Made by a program: the position numbers and the translations under genes. Below, piece after piece: positions 45,905-56,176 of a DNA stretch of 64,000 bases (its first letter is position 1; the number at the start of each line of letters is the position of its first letter). This DNA comes from Candidatus Limnocylindrales bacterium. Lineage in GTDB: Bacteria; Patescibacteriota; Microgenomatia; Levybacterales; UBA12049. The stretch is taken from NCBI GenBank assembly GCA_035526025.1, contig DATLDE010000011.1:49374-113373 (forward strand), given 5' to 3'. Under the pieces are notes generated by a model. That model was given only the letters and a program-made list of their open reading frames with translations, made no database searches and was not told the DNA's origin.

Positions 45905-47932
45905 ATGAATTTACAATCTCCGATCACAATGGGCGGAAGACCTCTGAAGATGTTTTCAACAAGGCTTGAAAAACTTGAAATATTTACTTTTGAAGATTTT
46001 CTTTTGCACCTACCTTCGCGTTATGAAGACTTTTCACTGATTTCAAAAATCGGCAGACTTCAAGCGGGTGAGACAGTAACCATAAAAGGAAAAGTGCAGG
46101 AATCAAAAAATCAATACCTAAGAGGAAATCGCATCAAAACTATCCAAAAAGCAGTTCTGTCAGACGAGACTGGCTCAATAGAGCTTACATGGTTTAATCA
46201 ACCATTCATAGTCAAAGCAATTCCTGTAGGATCAGACATCTCAGTATCTGGAAAAGTTGAGCTTTCCAAAAAAGGACTATCGATAAGTTCTCCAGATTAT
46301 GAAATAATTTTTAATGAAAAATCTGATTCTCTCCATACGGGAAGACTTGTACCTATTTATCCTGAGACAAAAGGAATATCATCCAAATGGCTTAGGCGCC
46401 AAATTCACAATATTTTAGTCCAGTACGGAGCAAACATCAAAGACTATCTACCTGTTGAAGTTATAAAACGGAATAATTTCTTAGATTTGCATGACGCATT
46501 GCAAGAAGTTCATTTTCCCAAATCACTTGTTTCAGCGACAAATGCAAGAAACAGGATAGCATTTGATGAGCTTTTTCTTTTACAACTGGCAAGTATTAAA
46601 AAACGCAGTGATTGGAAGATAAAGAAAAAAGGGCATAAGTTTGAAATTACTAAATATCAAAAAAAAATTGATAACTTAATTTCGTCTTTACCATTTATAC
46701 TTACTGATTCACAGCAGATTGCTGTTAATGAGATTCTCACAAACTTATCAACTGATCAGCCGATGAATAGGCTTCTACAGGGAGATGTGGGATCTGGTAA
46801 AACAGTAGTTGGTGCAATAGCAATGTATTTAGCTTATCTTAACGGTTTTCAATCAGTACTTATGGCTCCAACTGAAATCTTAGCTGAGCAACATTTTGAA
46901 ACTATCAAAAACCTACTTGAGCCAATTGGTGTGAGAGTTAAGATTGTTACCGGATCAAAAAAATTAACCGATGAGTTTGATATCTTGATAGGAACACACG
47001 CGATACTAAATGAAAAAGTTTTGTTTTCCAAATTAGGACTTGTAATCATAGATGAGCAACAACGATTTGGAGTAAACCAAAGAGGTATTATCCGAGACAA
47101 AGGAGAAAATCCACACTTACTTACTATGACCGCGACTCCGATACCAAGAACGGTTGCGCTCACAATGTACGGAAATCTTGATCTTTCTTATCTTAAAGAA
47201 TTGCCCAAAAACAGAAAGCTCATAAAGACTTGGCTCGTTCCACCTGTTAAAAGAGATCCTGGATATTTATGGATAAAAAAAGAAATTATAGAAAATAAAT
47301 CTCAAGCATTTATAATATGTCCGTTTATTGAAGAATCGGAAAGCATGCAAACGATTAAAGCGGCTGCAAAAGAATATGAAAAACTGTCAAAAGATATTTT
47401 CCCGGACCTCAAACTGGGTCTTCTGCACGGTAAGTTAAAAGGTAAGGAAAAAAACGAAATTCTTAATAAATTCCGTTCAGGCGATTTTGACATATTGGTT
47501 TCTACTCCAGTTGTAGAGGTAGGAATTGATATACCAAATGCAACTATAATAATGATTGAGGCAGCAGAACGCTTTGGTCTCGCCCAACTACACCAGCTCA
47601 GAGGAAGAGTAGGAAGGGGAGATAAGCAATCATATTGCCTCCTTTTCACTGATAATCCTAATTCACTCCATTCCCCTAGATTAAAAGGAATGGAGACACT
47701 GTATTCCGGCGCAGAACTGGCAGAGTTAGATCTCAAACTTAGGGGACCTGGAAATCTATATGGAATCGCCCAACATGGAGTACCAAAATTAAAAGCTGCG
47801 TCATTTTCCGATACACATACACTCCATATAGCAAAGAGGGAAGCAGATAAAATTTTTTCTGAACTTAATAAACATATTTTATTATCGGAAAAGATTGAGA
47901 ATACTGCATATTCCCATGTTTCCCCAGACTAA
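45905..47932 (+). CDS. recG: ATP-dependent DNA helicase RecG
   Basis: DVGSGKTVVGAIAM (motif I), IIDEQQRFGV (motif II), TATPIPRT. N-terminal wedge-domain region. Confidence 0.85.
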   Translation: MNLQSPITMGGRPLKMFSTRLEKLEIFTFEDFLLHLPSRYEDFSLISKIGRLQAGETVTIKGKVQESKNQYLRGNRIKTIQKAVLSDETGSIELTWFNQPFIVKAIPVGSDISVSGKVELSKKGLSISSPDYEIIFNEKSDSLHTGRLVPIYPETKGISSKWLRRQIHNILVQYGANIKDYLPVEVIKRNNFLDLHDALQEVHFPKSLVSATNARNRIAFDELFLLQLASIKKRSDWKIKKKGHKFEITKYQKKIDNLISSLPFILTDSQQIAVNEILTNLSTDQPMNRLLQGDVGSGKTVVGAIAMYLAYLNGFQSVLMAPTEILAEQHFETIKNLLEPIGVRVKIVTGSKKLTDEFDILIGTHAILNEKVLFSKLGLVIIDEQQRFGVNQRGIIRDKGENPHLLTMTATPIPRTVALTMYGNLDLSYLKELPKNRKLIKTWLVPPVKRDPGYLWIKKEIIENKSQAFIICPFIEESESMQTIKAAAKEYEKLSKDIFPDLKLGLLHGKLKGKEKNEILNKFRSGDFDILVSTPVVEVGIDIPNATIIMIEAAERFGLAQLHQLRGRVGRGDKQSYCLLFTDNPNSLHSPRLKGMETLYSGAELAELDLKLRGPGNLYGIAQHGVPKLKAASFSDTHTLHIAKREADKIFSELNKHILLSEKIENTAYSHVSPD

Positions 47933-47981
47933 TTTAATCCTGCACTTGACAATCAATCAATTTGTTATTACGCTAGATCTA

Positions 47982-48728
47982 ATGACTAAAAAGATAATCA
48001 TTGCATCAGCCATTGCATTTGCGACATTTACACCTTTTGCTTTTGCTGAATCTCATCCAATTAATGACTCCACAAATCCACCAACCCGTAAAGAGAAATT
48101 TGTTCAAAGAATGGAAGATAAAAAATTTGTAACTACGGAACATAAGGAAAATGGAGAAGAGCTAAAAAGCCTTCAACAAGATAAATTAAAAGCATTGCAC
48201 GAAGAGTTTAATGCCAAACATGATGAATTTAAGAAAAAAATCCTTGACTTAAAAGATCAACACAAAAAAATCATAGTTGATCGAGTAGATAGTCGACTTG
48301 TAACAATAAATCAAAATTGGGTTCAAAGAATGAATGCATCTATTCTTAGACTTGAGAGATTACTTGATAAATTCTCAGGTAGAGCTGAGAGGTTAAAAGC
48401 AGAGGGTAAAAATACAACTGAGGTAGAGACGGCGATTGTAGCTGCTGAAAGAGCAATACAGACTGCCAAAGACGCTGTAGCGGTTCAGGGAGCAAAGGAA
48501 TATGTAGCAGACCTCTCTAACGAAGAAAATCTTAAATCAACAGTGGGGGATGCAATATCAGAGCTTCGAAAAGATTTAAAAATAGCACATGATATCGTTA
48601 AAGTTGCAAAACAAAAAGTTATAGATGTTGCAAGAGCACTTGCAAAAATTAATAAAACAAGTGATATTCCAAGCATAGAACCAACTCAGACAAGCACACC
48701 TAGCCCAACTGAAGTACCTGAAATATAA
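47982..48728 (+). CDS. secreted coiled-coil protein
   Basis: Signal peptide MTKKIIIASAIAFATFTPFAFA. Lys/Glu-rich heptad-like sequence. Confidence 0.45.
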   Translation: MTKKIIIASAIAFATFTPFAFAESHPINDSTNPPTRKEKFVQRMEDKKFVTTEHKENGEELKSLQQDKLKALHEEFNAKHDEFKKKILDLKDQHKKIIVDRVDSRLVTINQNWVQRMNASILRLERLLDKFSGRAERLKAEGKNTTEVETAIVAAERAIQTAKDAVAVQGAKEYVADLSNEENLKSTVGDAISELRKDLKIAHDIVKVAKQKVIDVARALAKINKTSDIPSIEPTQTSTPSPTEVPEI

Positions 48729-48732
48729 TAAT

Positions 48733-49173
48733 ATGGATAATAATAACAATAATAATACACAAAATAATAATCCGACTGGTCAAGTTTCCCAGCCAGAACA
48801 ACAGCAAGTACTTCAACCAGAGGCTCAACACGCACCTCCTGAACCAGCACAGACCCCAACTCAACCAACAGAACAAACTCCGCCAGTTATTCAAAATCCT
48901 ACTGCTGCTCAGCCAAAAAAAGGAAATAAAACATTTTTGATAGTGTTTCTAATTATCTTAGTTCTAATAACCGGGGTCATGTTATATTTTATGAAAAATA
49001 ATCAAAATTCCACCAAATCCGTTACCCCCTTAGTAAGCTCACCGACCCAAGCTCCACTCACAACTCCTACTGCTTCTGGATCCGCTGAAGAACAAGAGGT
49101 TAAAAATGTAGACATAAATGACACAAGTCCTACAGAATTCCCCGCAGTAGAATCCGACATTAAGAGATTATAA
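48733..49173 (+). CDS. low-complexity (Asn/Gln/Pro/Thr-rich) single-pass membrane protein
   Basis: Begins MDNNNNNNTQNNN. TM helix FLIVFLIILVLITGVMLYF. Confidence 0.4.
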   Translation: MDNNNNNNTQNNNPTGQVSQPEQQQVLQPEAQHAPPEPAQTPTQPTEQTPPVIQNPTAAQPKKGNKTFLIVFLIILVLITGVMLYFMKNNQNSTKSVTPLVSSPTQAPLTTPTASGSAEEQEVKNVDINDTSPTEFPAVESDIKRL

Positions 49174-49193
49174 AGTCGAACTTTATTATTATC

Positions 49194-49856
49194 CTAGGCT
49201 GCTTTGGGTATAACTACTTTATATGAAACAACTGTGGGGTCACCTGTTGATCTATCCCTTGATGAAACGGACATAATATATTCTTCCCCGACTTTCAGTT
49301 GAGTAACTGCTTCCCAACGTGGGGATTTCTCTGGTTCACCATCAACTCGCATCTGTACTGTTCTGTGAAGAGGAACGGTTTTTAAAATGCGATCAGGCGT
49401 TCTAATGGATCTAATTTGTGCTTTTACATCTTCTAGTTCCCTTGAAATTTCTGGATTTTCCATATTGCGTGCATTAACAAAGCTTAAAACCAGGCTTCCA
49501 GGGGATGTGACTACATTTCTCTGCTGCTTTATAGTATTTCTCTGCTGCTCTACAGTAAAAGTACAATGATTTTCTGTATACGCATTTTCAGTCATTACAT
49601 GCCCGCTAAACAATTCTATCCTGGCAGAAGGTTGGGAAGTTTTATCAGAGTCCAACGGGGAAATTTGTATTCCAGTTTCACTTACTGTAGCAGGATTTTT
49701 TCTTTGTGAATCTACCAATGCAGCTCTGCCTCCGCCAACACCAAGCGCCAAACCAGCGCTCATTAATAAAATAGGCAATCTTTTCCTAGGCTCCCTCTCT
49801 CCTCTCATATGCACATAATTATAGCAACAACCGCTCCGCTTGTCGAATGCTTGCAA
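49194..49856 (-). CDS. secreted hypothetical protein
   Basis: Signal-like RKRLPILLMSAGLALGVGGG. The true start is probably the internal ATG (MRGEREP...). Confidence 0.4.
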   Translation of the reverse strand: MQAFDKRSGCCYNYVHMRGEREPRKRLPILLMSAGLALGVGGGRAALVDSQRKNPATVSETGIQISPLDSDKTSQPSARIELFSGHVMTENAYTENHCTFTVEQQRNTIKQQRNVVTSPGSLVLSFVNARNMENPEISRELEDVKAQIRSIRTPDRILKTVPLHRTVQMRVDGEPEKSPRWEAVTQLKVGEEYIMSVSSRDRSTGDPTVVSYKVVIPKAA

Positions 49857-49886
49857 GAACCGATTAAATAAAGTAAAATAGAGAGC

Positions 49887-50114
49887 ATGTCACAAGAACC
49901 AAAAAGAAGACATTCAATTGCTCGGAAAGGGAAAAGAAGAGCCGCAATTAAACTTGCTGTAAATAGATCTGTAATTTGTAAAAATTGCCAAAATCTTTAT
50001 TTGCCACATACTGTTTGTGCCAATTGCGGTTATTATAAAGGGAAACAAATTGTTGCAACGAAACTGAGTAAAAAGTTATCCGGGGAAACACCGGCTCAAG
50101 TACCTCAATCCTGA
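49887..50114 (+). CDS. rpmF: 50S ribosomal protein L32
   Basis: KRRHSIARKGKRRAA...CKNCQNLYLPHTVCANCGYYKGKQI. Confidence 0.85.
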   Translation: MSQEPKRRHSIARKGKRRAAIKLAVNRSVICKNCQNLYLPHTVCANCGYYKGKQIVATKLSKKLSGETPAQVPQS

Positions 50115-50124
50115 TAATTAACTG

Positions 50125-50484
50125 ATGAAAACCTCTCAAGACCCCAGACATCAAAGAAGACAGGCAATTGTTCAAGAGTTATTTGGTTTTGATTTTCATA
50201 CTCAGAGAATTGGACTTGAGACAAAGAATGTAATTGATAATAAAGCAATAATAGACAAAAACATACAAAAAGCTGCGCCTGATTTTCCAGTGGAAAAAAT
50301 AAATAGAATTGATCTAGCAGTATTAAGACTAGCGTCCTATGAATTACTAATTGATAAAAAAGAACCGCCAAATGTTATAATTGATGAGGCAGTTGAACTG
50401 GCTAAAGAATTCGGAAATGAAACCAGTCCTGGTTTTATTAATGGAGTACTAGGTCAAATTTTATCTTATGCACGCACTACCTGA
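50125..50484 (+). CDS. nusB: NusB-family antitermination protein
   Basis: RHQRRQAIVQELFGFDF...DLAVLRLASYELL...VIIDEAVELAKEFG. Confidence 0.7.
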   Translation: MKTSQDPRHQRRQAIVQELFGFDFHTQRIGLETKNVIDNKAIIDKNIQKAAPDFPVEKINRIDLAVLRLASYELLIDKKEPPNVIIDEAVELAKEFGNETSPGFINGVLGQILSYARTT

Positions 50485-51133
50485 ATTCAAAAATCCAAAA
50501 TTATTACGCCTTGCATTTATTCATAGGTCGTATTTGAATGAATCAAAAACTGACGCTGAGTCTAACGAAAGACTTGAATTCTTAGGAGATAGCATTATTT
50601 CATTTGTAATTTCAGATCATCTTTATAAAACATACCCTGGATTTGATGAGGGCATTCTGACAAATCTTCGATCATTAGTTGTTAATACCAAGAGCCTTGC
50701 AAAAGCAGGAAAAGCTTTAAAATTTGGTGATCAGCTTTTACTATCCCGGGGAGAAGAAGAATCAGGTGGACGTTTAAATGATTCACTTCTGGCTAATACA
50801 TTTGAGGCATTTACCGGTGCGTTATATATAGACCAGGGCATTGTTACTGTATCCAAATTTTTGCACGAAATTCTTGTTCCATCTATCTCAGAACACGTAC
50901 AAAAAAAAGTTTTTAAAGATCCAAAAAGCTTATTACAAGAACAGGTGCAAGCCAAAAAACAAAACTCACCTGTGTACAAAGTACTTACGGAGGTCGGTCC
51001 AGCACATGCAAAGCAATTTACAATTGGGGTATACATTCAAAATGAGTTACTGGGAGAAGGAAGTGGGAAATCCAAACAGATTGCTGAAGAAATTGCAGCT
51101 GGAGTAGCACTTGAGAAGATCAGCAAACTCTGA
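50468..51133 (+). CDS. rnc: ribonuclease III
   Basis: ERLEFLGDSII is the RNase III signature. C-terminal dsRBD. Confidence 0.85.
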   Translation: MHALPEFKNPKLLRLAFIHRSYLNESKTDAESNERLEFLGDSIISFVISDHLYKTYPGFDEGILTNLRSLVVNTKSLAKAGKALKFGDQLLLSRGEEESGGRLNDSLLANTFEAFTGALYIDQGIVTVSKFLHEILVPSISEHVQKKVFKDPKSLLQEQVQAKKQNSPVYKVLTEVGPAHAKQFTIGVYIQNELLGEGSGKSKQIAEEIAAGVALEKISKL

Positions 51134-51146
51134 TACAATATACACT

Positions 51147-51374
51147 ATGTCACTTGTGATTAGACTTACCAGAACAGGAAAAAAAGGAGAGCGAAAATTC
51201 CGTGTTGTCGTGAAAGAAAAGCGAAGCAAGCGGGATGGGGGATATATCGATCTTTTAGGTTGGTATGAAAAATCAAAGGATATGAAAAATAAAAAAATTG
51301 ATATGGAAAAATATAAATACTGGATATCAAATGGTGCACAACCAAGCAGCACCGTACAAGAACTAGTAAAATAA
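51147..51374 (+). CDS. rpsP: 30S ribosomal protein S16
   Basis: MSLVIRLTRTGKKGERKFRVVV. Start at the internal ATG of track ORF 51111..51374. Confidence 0.8.
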   Translation: MSLVIRLTRTGKKGERKFRVVVKEKRSKRDGGYIDLLGWYEKSKDMKNKKIDMEKYKYWISNGAQPSSTVQELVK

Positions 51375-51619
51375 TGAAAGACACCCTGCACTATATAATC
51401 TCTTCGATTGTTGACAGTCCTGACTCCGTTGTAATTGACGAGAATGAAGTTGATGGAATTATAAATTTCGTAGTCACAGTAGCAAAAGAAGATATGGGTA
51501 AAATAATTGGAAAAGAAGGAAAAGTTATAAGAAGCATTAGAAATATAATGAAAATTAAGGCCATGAAAACCGATGTACGTATAAATATCACACTTGCTGA
51601 CATTCCTCAGGATTCTTAA
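51374..51619 (+). CDS. KH-domain RNA-binding protein (YlqC-like)
   Basis: GKIIGKEGKVIRSIRNIMKIKA is a KH GxxG motif. It sits in the conserved position after rpsP. Confidence 0.7.
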   Translation: MKDTLHYIISSIVDSPDSVVIDENEVDGIINFVVTVAKEDMGKIIGKEGKVIRSIRNIMKIKAMKTDVRINITLADIPQDS

Positions 51620-51714
51620 TTTCTCTTCTATTTAGAATTAACTTTTTGCAAGTATAGGGAAGTGAAATATAAAAGTTATATCAATATCAAACTACTATTT
51701 GATAAAATATATTT

Positions 51715-52407
51715 ATGAAAATAACCATACTCACATTATTCCCGGAAATGTTTAAAGGTCCGTTTGAGCAATCGATTATAAAAAATGCAATTGACAAGAA
51801 ACTTGTCGAAATTACATATGTAAATATTCGAGATTCTGGAATTGGCAAACACAAAATTATTGATGACACGGAATATGGGGGAGGAATTGGAATGGTAATG
51901 AAAGTTGATGTATTACATAATGCAATAGAAAGTGTACGAACCGGTGAGAATAACGAAGAAGTTGTACTCCTAAGCGCAACGGGGGAGACATATAATCAAA
52001 AGATAGCTAAAAGTTTCTCAAAATTAAATCATCTGATTTTAATTTGCGGCCATTATGAGGGGGTGGATGAAAGGATAAAAAAATATATTAATATGGAAGT
52101 TTCGATCGGAGACTTTGTATTAACGGGTGGAGAGATACCGGTAATGTTGATTACCGACAGTGTTTCCAGGTTAATCACAGGTGTACTTCCCAAAGGCGCA
52201 ACTGAAGATGAATCATTCTCTGAAATTAATAATAAAATATTGCTTGAATATCCACACTATACAAAACCTCGCATTTTTAAAAACAAACATGTACCAGATA
52301 TTCTACTATCAGGAAATCACCCTGAAATTAAAAAGTGGAGGGAAAAAAAAGCTATAGAAGTAACAAATTCCCTACGTCCTGATTTATTAAAAAAGAGGAA
52401 CGGCTGA
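51715..52407 (+). CDS. trmD: tRNA (guanine37-N1)-methyltransferase
   Basis: MKITILTLFPEMFKGPF and YGGGIGMVMKVD. Confidence 0.85.
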   Translation: MKITILTLFPEMFKGPFEQSIIKNAIDKKLVEITYVNIRDSGIGKHKIIDDTEYGGGIGMVMKVDVLHNAIESVRTGENNEEVVLLSATGETYNQKIAKSFSKLNHLILICGHYEGVDERIKKYINMEVSIGDFVLTGGEIPVMLITDSVSRLITGVLPKGATEDESFSEINNKILLEYPHYTKPRIFKNKHVPDILLSGNHPEIKKWREKKAIEVTNSLRPDLLKKRNG

Positions 52408-53130
52408 TGATGATGAGGTCGGCAAGTCTTCTACATTAAAAATTGGTGTTGATTTCCATTTAGATAATTTTTCTATAACTTCTCTTTTTTTTGGTGAGAC
52501 TGCAGCAATCGCTTCATCAGCTTTAATTGTAATCACAGGGTAAGGCTTGTAATGAAATTTTAATTTTACTAAAGTGTACTCTGAACTCCCATCAATCTCA
52601 AAAACTTCAACCAGGGGTGATTTCTCACTCAACTCTTTTAAAAAATTTCTCACTTTAAGAGTATTACCCTCTAAGGAAATTGTCATATCAATCGTCTGAG
52701 AAACAGTTTTCTTTTCTCCAACCTTTCTGGCACTTCCTGAAGCAATTTCGCCTATAACGAATTTATAATCATTTACTGATGCACCCGACTTAGCTGATGA
52801 ATCTGATAGTGCATCGATAATTCCCCCAAAGTCTTTTTGTGCAGGAACAGCGCTTGTAACTATTGCTAATTGGTCTTCTAATTCATCTTTATTTAGGTTT
52901 TTCATAAATTCTATATTTTCGTTTACCACTCTTATTTGTTCTCTTTTCGCGATCACTTCACTTCTTAAAGAAAAATAATTATTTGCCAATGGTATAATTA
53001 TTGACGCTATTAGCATAAAGCAAATCGTAATTGTAGCAAGTATAATAGAAATTGAATAAAGACTTGAATCTTTAAATCGGAAATATAAATATCTTAAATC
53101 GTTTTTTCCAAAAAATAATTTATTATTCAT
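52387..53130 (-). CDS. type IV pilus assembly protein PilO-like
   Basis: Single N-terminal TM helix followed by a coiled-coil region. Positioned immediately after pilM-pilN. Confidence 0.5.
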   Translation of the reverse strand: MNNKLFFGKNDLRYLYFRFKDSSLYSISIILATITICFMLIASIIIPLANNYFSLRSEVIAKREQIRVVNENIEFMKNLNKDELEDQLAIVTSAVPAQKDFGGIIDALSDSSAKSGASVNDYKFVIGEIASGSARKVGEKKTVSQTIDMTISLEGNTLKVRNFLKELSEKSPLVEVFEIDGSSEYTLVKLKFHYKPYPVITIKADEAIAAVSPKKREVIEKLSKWKSTPIFNVEDLPTSSSSAVPLF

Positions 53131-53660
53131 TATATTGAAATCATCAAAGTCACACTAAAGCTATTGTCACTTTTATCAATTTTTAAATTTGAAAGCAAAA
53201 TATTTGAAAAACCATTTTGAGATTTATCTGCATTTTGGATTGTGTCAAGGAACTGATTAATATTGAATAATGACATACTGCTAACAGTTACGTTTAAAAT
53301 ATCTCCTTCTACTTTAAACGAGTCAATTGCAACGCCTGATGGTAGCAAGCTTTGTAAATTATTTAAAAACTGATCATATTGTGGGCGATTTTTTAATATA
53401 TTATTTATTATTTGAATCCTATCATTAACTAAGCCCAGCTTGACTATTTCACTAGATGAAAGTGATAAATTGAATTCGGCAGCTTTTTTTTGCTTTGACA
53501 ATTCCGGAAGAGGAGAAAGCGATATAAGGATAAAAAGCACAATTGATGCTGCTGATACCAAAAACAATAAACCAACAGCAATAATCCTTAAAGAGCTATT
53601 ATTTCTATGCTTTGAAACATTTATTTTGGATTTATAATCGAGTAAATTTATGTTATTCAT
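53130..53660 (-). CDS. type IV pilus assembly protein PilN-like
   Basis: N-terminal NINLL..K followed by a TM helix, the typical PilN layout. Start overlaps the pilM stop. Confidence 0.55.
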   Translation of the reverse strand: MNNINLLDYKSKINVSKHRNNSSLRIIAVGLLFLVSAASIVLFILISLSPLPELSKQKKAAEFNLSLSSSEIVKLGLVNDRIQIINNILKNRPQYDQFLNNLQSLLPSGVAIDSFKVEGDILNVTVSSMSLFNINQFLDTIQNADKSQNGFSNILLSNLKIDKSDNSFSVTLMISI

Positions 53661-54687
53661 ACTCTTTTAAAGCGAGTCCGCATGCAACAGCATATTCGGG
53701 GCCTTGTCGCTGCAATGATTCAGGTACTCCTTGGACATTCATCATTTTCCATGGGTTTGCTATAACTGTTTCAATTCCTATGTTTTTTACAAAATATATA
53801 TCAATTCCAGGCATTTTGGCTGAACCACCTGATAACACAATTTGAGAAATAGGAGATTCATTTTTATATTTCTCATTATAAAATGCAATTGCTTTTCTAA
53901 GTTCGGTTAGTAAATTTGAAAAAATTGGATCAATTGCTATTCCTATTTTTCCTCCTAAATTTTTATCTGATAAACCGTATGTTTTTTTATATTCTTCTGC
54001 TTGCGCAATACTCAGTCCAAAATCTGAAGCAATAGCGCGTGTCATTGCAGTACCACCAAGAGGTATTGAATATGTAAATACAATTACCCCTCCTTGCACA
54101 ATCGCAATAGAAGTACTAAGTGATCCGATATTCATAATAATAGATGTGGGAGAACTTGGACCTTTGAATAATCCCCTAATTATTGATAAAAGTTCGGTTT
54201 CAACCGCAACAACAGAAAGACCCGCTAAGTCCAGAATGGTCTGGTATCTCTTAATTAGCTGAATCGGAGCAGCTACCAAAAGCACCTGCATCATTTGACC
54301 ATTACCGCTAGTTTTTGGCCTATTAACCACATTCCAGGCAAGAGACATGGTTTCGATTGGTGCCGGAATATGCTCCTCTGCCTCCCAGTAAATAGCAGTT
54401 GATAGCTCCTTTTCAGAAATGGCCGGCATATCAATCATTTTGGTGAAAATATGACTCTCAGGAAGCGCAATTACAACTTTTGTTGACGTAATTTTCGCGT
54501 CATTTATCAATTTGTTAATTGCCTGCGCTAAATCCTGATGATCAAAAGGAGATTCTGATTGTAATCCTGGGGTAGGAGTGGGCGTGGATAAAGCACTATT
54601 ATAGGTTATAATTTCTTTTTCACGATTAAACCAAACTGCTTTTATAGTAGAAATGCCTATATCAAGGCCGAATGTATTGCTTTTCAT
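53653..54687 (-). CDS. pilM: type IV pilus assembly protein PilM (actin-like ATPase fold)
   Basis: FGLDIGISTIKAV N-terminus. 344 aa. Confidence 0.75.
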   Translation of the reverse strand: MKSNTFGLDIGISTIKAVWFNREKEIITYNSALSTPTPTPGLQSESPFDHQDLAQAINKLINDAKITSTKVVIALPESHIFTKMIDMPAISEKELSTAIYWEAEEHIPAPIETMSLAWNVVNRPKTSGNGQMMQVLLVAAPIQLIKRYQTILDLAGLSVVAVETELLSIIRGLFKGPSSPTSIIMNIGSLSTSIAIVQGGVIVFTYSIPLGGTAMTRAIASDFGLSIAQAEEYKKTYGLSDKNLGGKIGIAIDPIFSNLLTELRKAIAFYNEKYKNESPISQIVLSGGSAKMPGIDIYFVKNIGIETVIANPWKMMNVQGVPESLQRQGPEYAVACGLALKEYE

Positions 54688-55547
54688 TATTTGGGTGAGA
54701 AGAGTACGAACGGAAATAGCTCGACCGGTAATTTCGGGAATCCCTTATAACTTAATATCTTTCTCTTAGTTTCATTTGAAGTCCCAGTTGCAGTGATTAT
54801 AGTTCCCTGCGAAGGCAAGTCAGGATCACCTGCTGCTTTCTGTACGCCTATCACTGTTGATGAATACAATGGAATCACACGCACGATTAATCCTGAAGTT
54901 ATAGGAATAGACTTTTTTCTAAAATAGGTAGTTCCATTGATATTATCCCCAGCAGTAGAAATTTGCTCTGCGTTGCTACTACTTGCCCGGGAGCTACATG
55001 GATCCAGTAAATAAGTAGTGGTCTTAGGAGTAGTTAAGCTTCCCGAGATCACTACTACCTCAAGAGCTGACTGTGTATTATTGGATTCAATTGGGTCACA
55101 TGTATCTGTTGCACTGCCCCAATTTATATCTAGTGTACCTGTCCAAGGGCTTGAATATGTGGGATATGTAGCTAACCAAATATCAACAGGCTCATCCTTG
55201 AGAACAATTGTACCATTGTTTAAATTTAATGAATTTCCAGACAAAATCGTAACAGTGGTCGCATAAGTGGTGTTATTTGGAAGACTGGATGAATTTGGCA
55301 AATTTGATGTTGAAGATAATTCTATCCCAGCTTCTGCGGCGGAAAAAGCGCGTTCGGAATTTTCCCCGTCGCTTGAGGTACGCAAATTGCTTGTTGTCCG
55401 AACGGCAACTGAAAGTCCAACTGTCAAAGCAATAACCATAACCAAAATTACAATTAATAATCCTTGTCCAGACTGTAAGTTTTTTTTATTATATAAAGGT
55501 ATTTTAAAGTTCATAATTTTATATAGTAGATACATATATCGTAACAA
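54687..55547 (-). CDS. pilus-associated protein (PilX-like minor pilin candidate)
   Basis: Hydrophobic N-terminal segment GQGLLIVILVMVIALTVGLSVAV without Glu at +5. Confidence 0.4.
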   Translation of the reverse strand: MLRYMYLLYKIMNFKIPLYNKKNLQSGQGLLIVILVMVIALTVGLSVAVRTTSNLRTSSDGENSERAFSAAEAGIELSSTSNLPNSSSLPNNTTYATTVTILSGNSLNLNNGTIVLKDEPVDIWLATYPTYSSPWTGTLDINWGSATDTCDPIESNNTQSALEVVVISGSLTTPKTTTYLLDPCSSRASSSNAEQISTAGDNINGTTYFRKKSIPITSGLIVRVIPLYSSTVIGVQKAAGDPDLPSQGTIITATGTSNETKRKILSYKGFPKLPVELFPFVLFSPK

Positions 55548-55588
55548 TCGCCCGTACTAGTGTCAACCTTATTTAAATAGAATTAAGC

Positions 55589-56146
55589 CTACTGACTGTA
55601 GTTCCTTAATGTCACTGAAGTATCAAAAGGAATAGAAACTCTTTGCTCCCAAATATTACTTGGATTTTTTGAATTGAGTACAAAACTAAATTTGATGGTA
55701 GGTGGATCATTTAGAGTGTTTTGCGTACAAGTAAATGAGCAATTTGTTGCAACTGCCGAATTTGTGTCTATTAATGATAATCCATTTGACTCTATAGTTG
55801 CTGAACTTCCACCTGTACATACGAATGTCGTTGACTCATTTTCAAGAGATGTTACCGTAATACTAGTTGTTCTTACAGGACTGATGCATGATGATGGTGA
55901 GTTCAATTTTTTTGTATACCTTATTGCTTTAGATACTTGAGAAATTGCACTGTTTCCATTATATTTCAGAACTACAATCAAATCTGTTCTCTTACTAACT
56001 CTGAGGGTTGTAAAGAGAATTGATATTATAATCGCTCCAACAAATCCGGAAATCCCAAGTGACATTAAAAGCTCAATCAAAGTAAATCCATGAAGCGCAA
56101 ATTTTAAATTTTTATTCTTTTTTCTAAACTTAATTATATTATTCAT
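55589..56146 (-). CDS. prepilin-type pseudopilin
   Basis: HGFTLIELLMSLGISGFVGAII is a prepilin cleavage/methylation motif. Confidence 0.7.
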   Translation of the reverse strand: MNNIIKFRKKNKNLKFALHGFTLIELLMSLGISGFVGAIIISILFTTLRVSKRTDLIVVLKYNGNSAISQVSKAIRYTKKLNSPSSCISPVRTTSITVTSLENESTTFVCTGGSSATIESNGLSLIDTNSAVATNCSFTCTQNTLNDPPTIKFSFVLNSKNPSNIWEQRVSIPFDTSVTLRNYSQ

Positions 56147-56176
56147 TTAACTTTAGGAAATCTATATAATTCTAGA

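Noticed and set aside
48686-48894. Track ORFs 48686..48868 and 48700..48894 (Tyr/Cys/Ile-rich)
   Set aside because: They are antisense to the Asn-repeat gene start, and their translations (YYYCYYYPYYY) come from the reverse complement of the AAT/AAC run. Artefactual.
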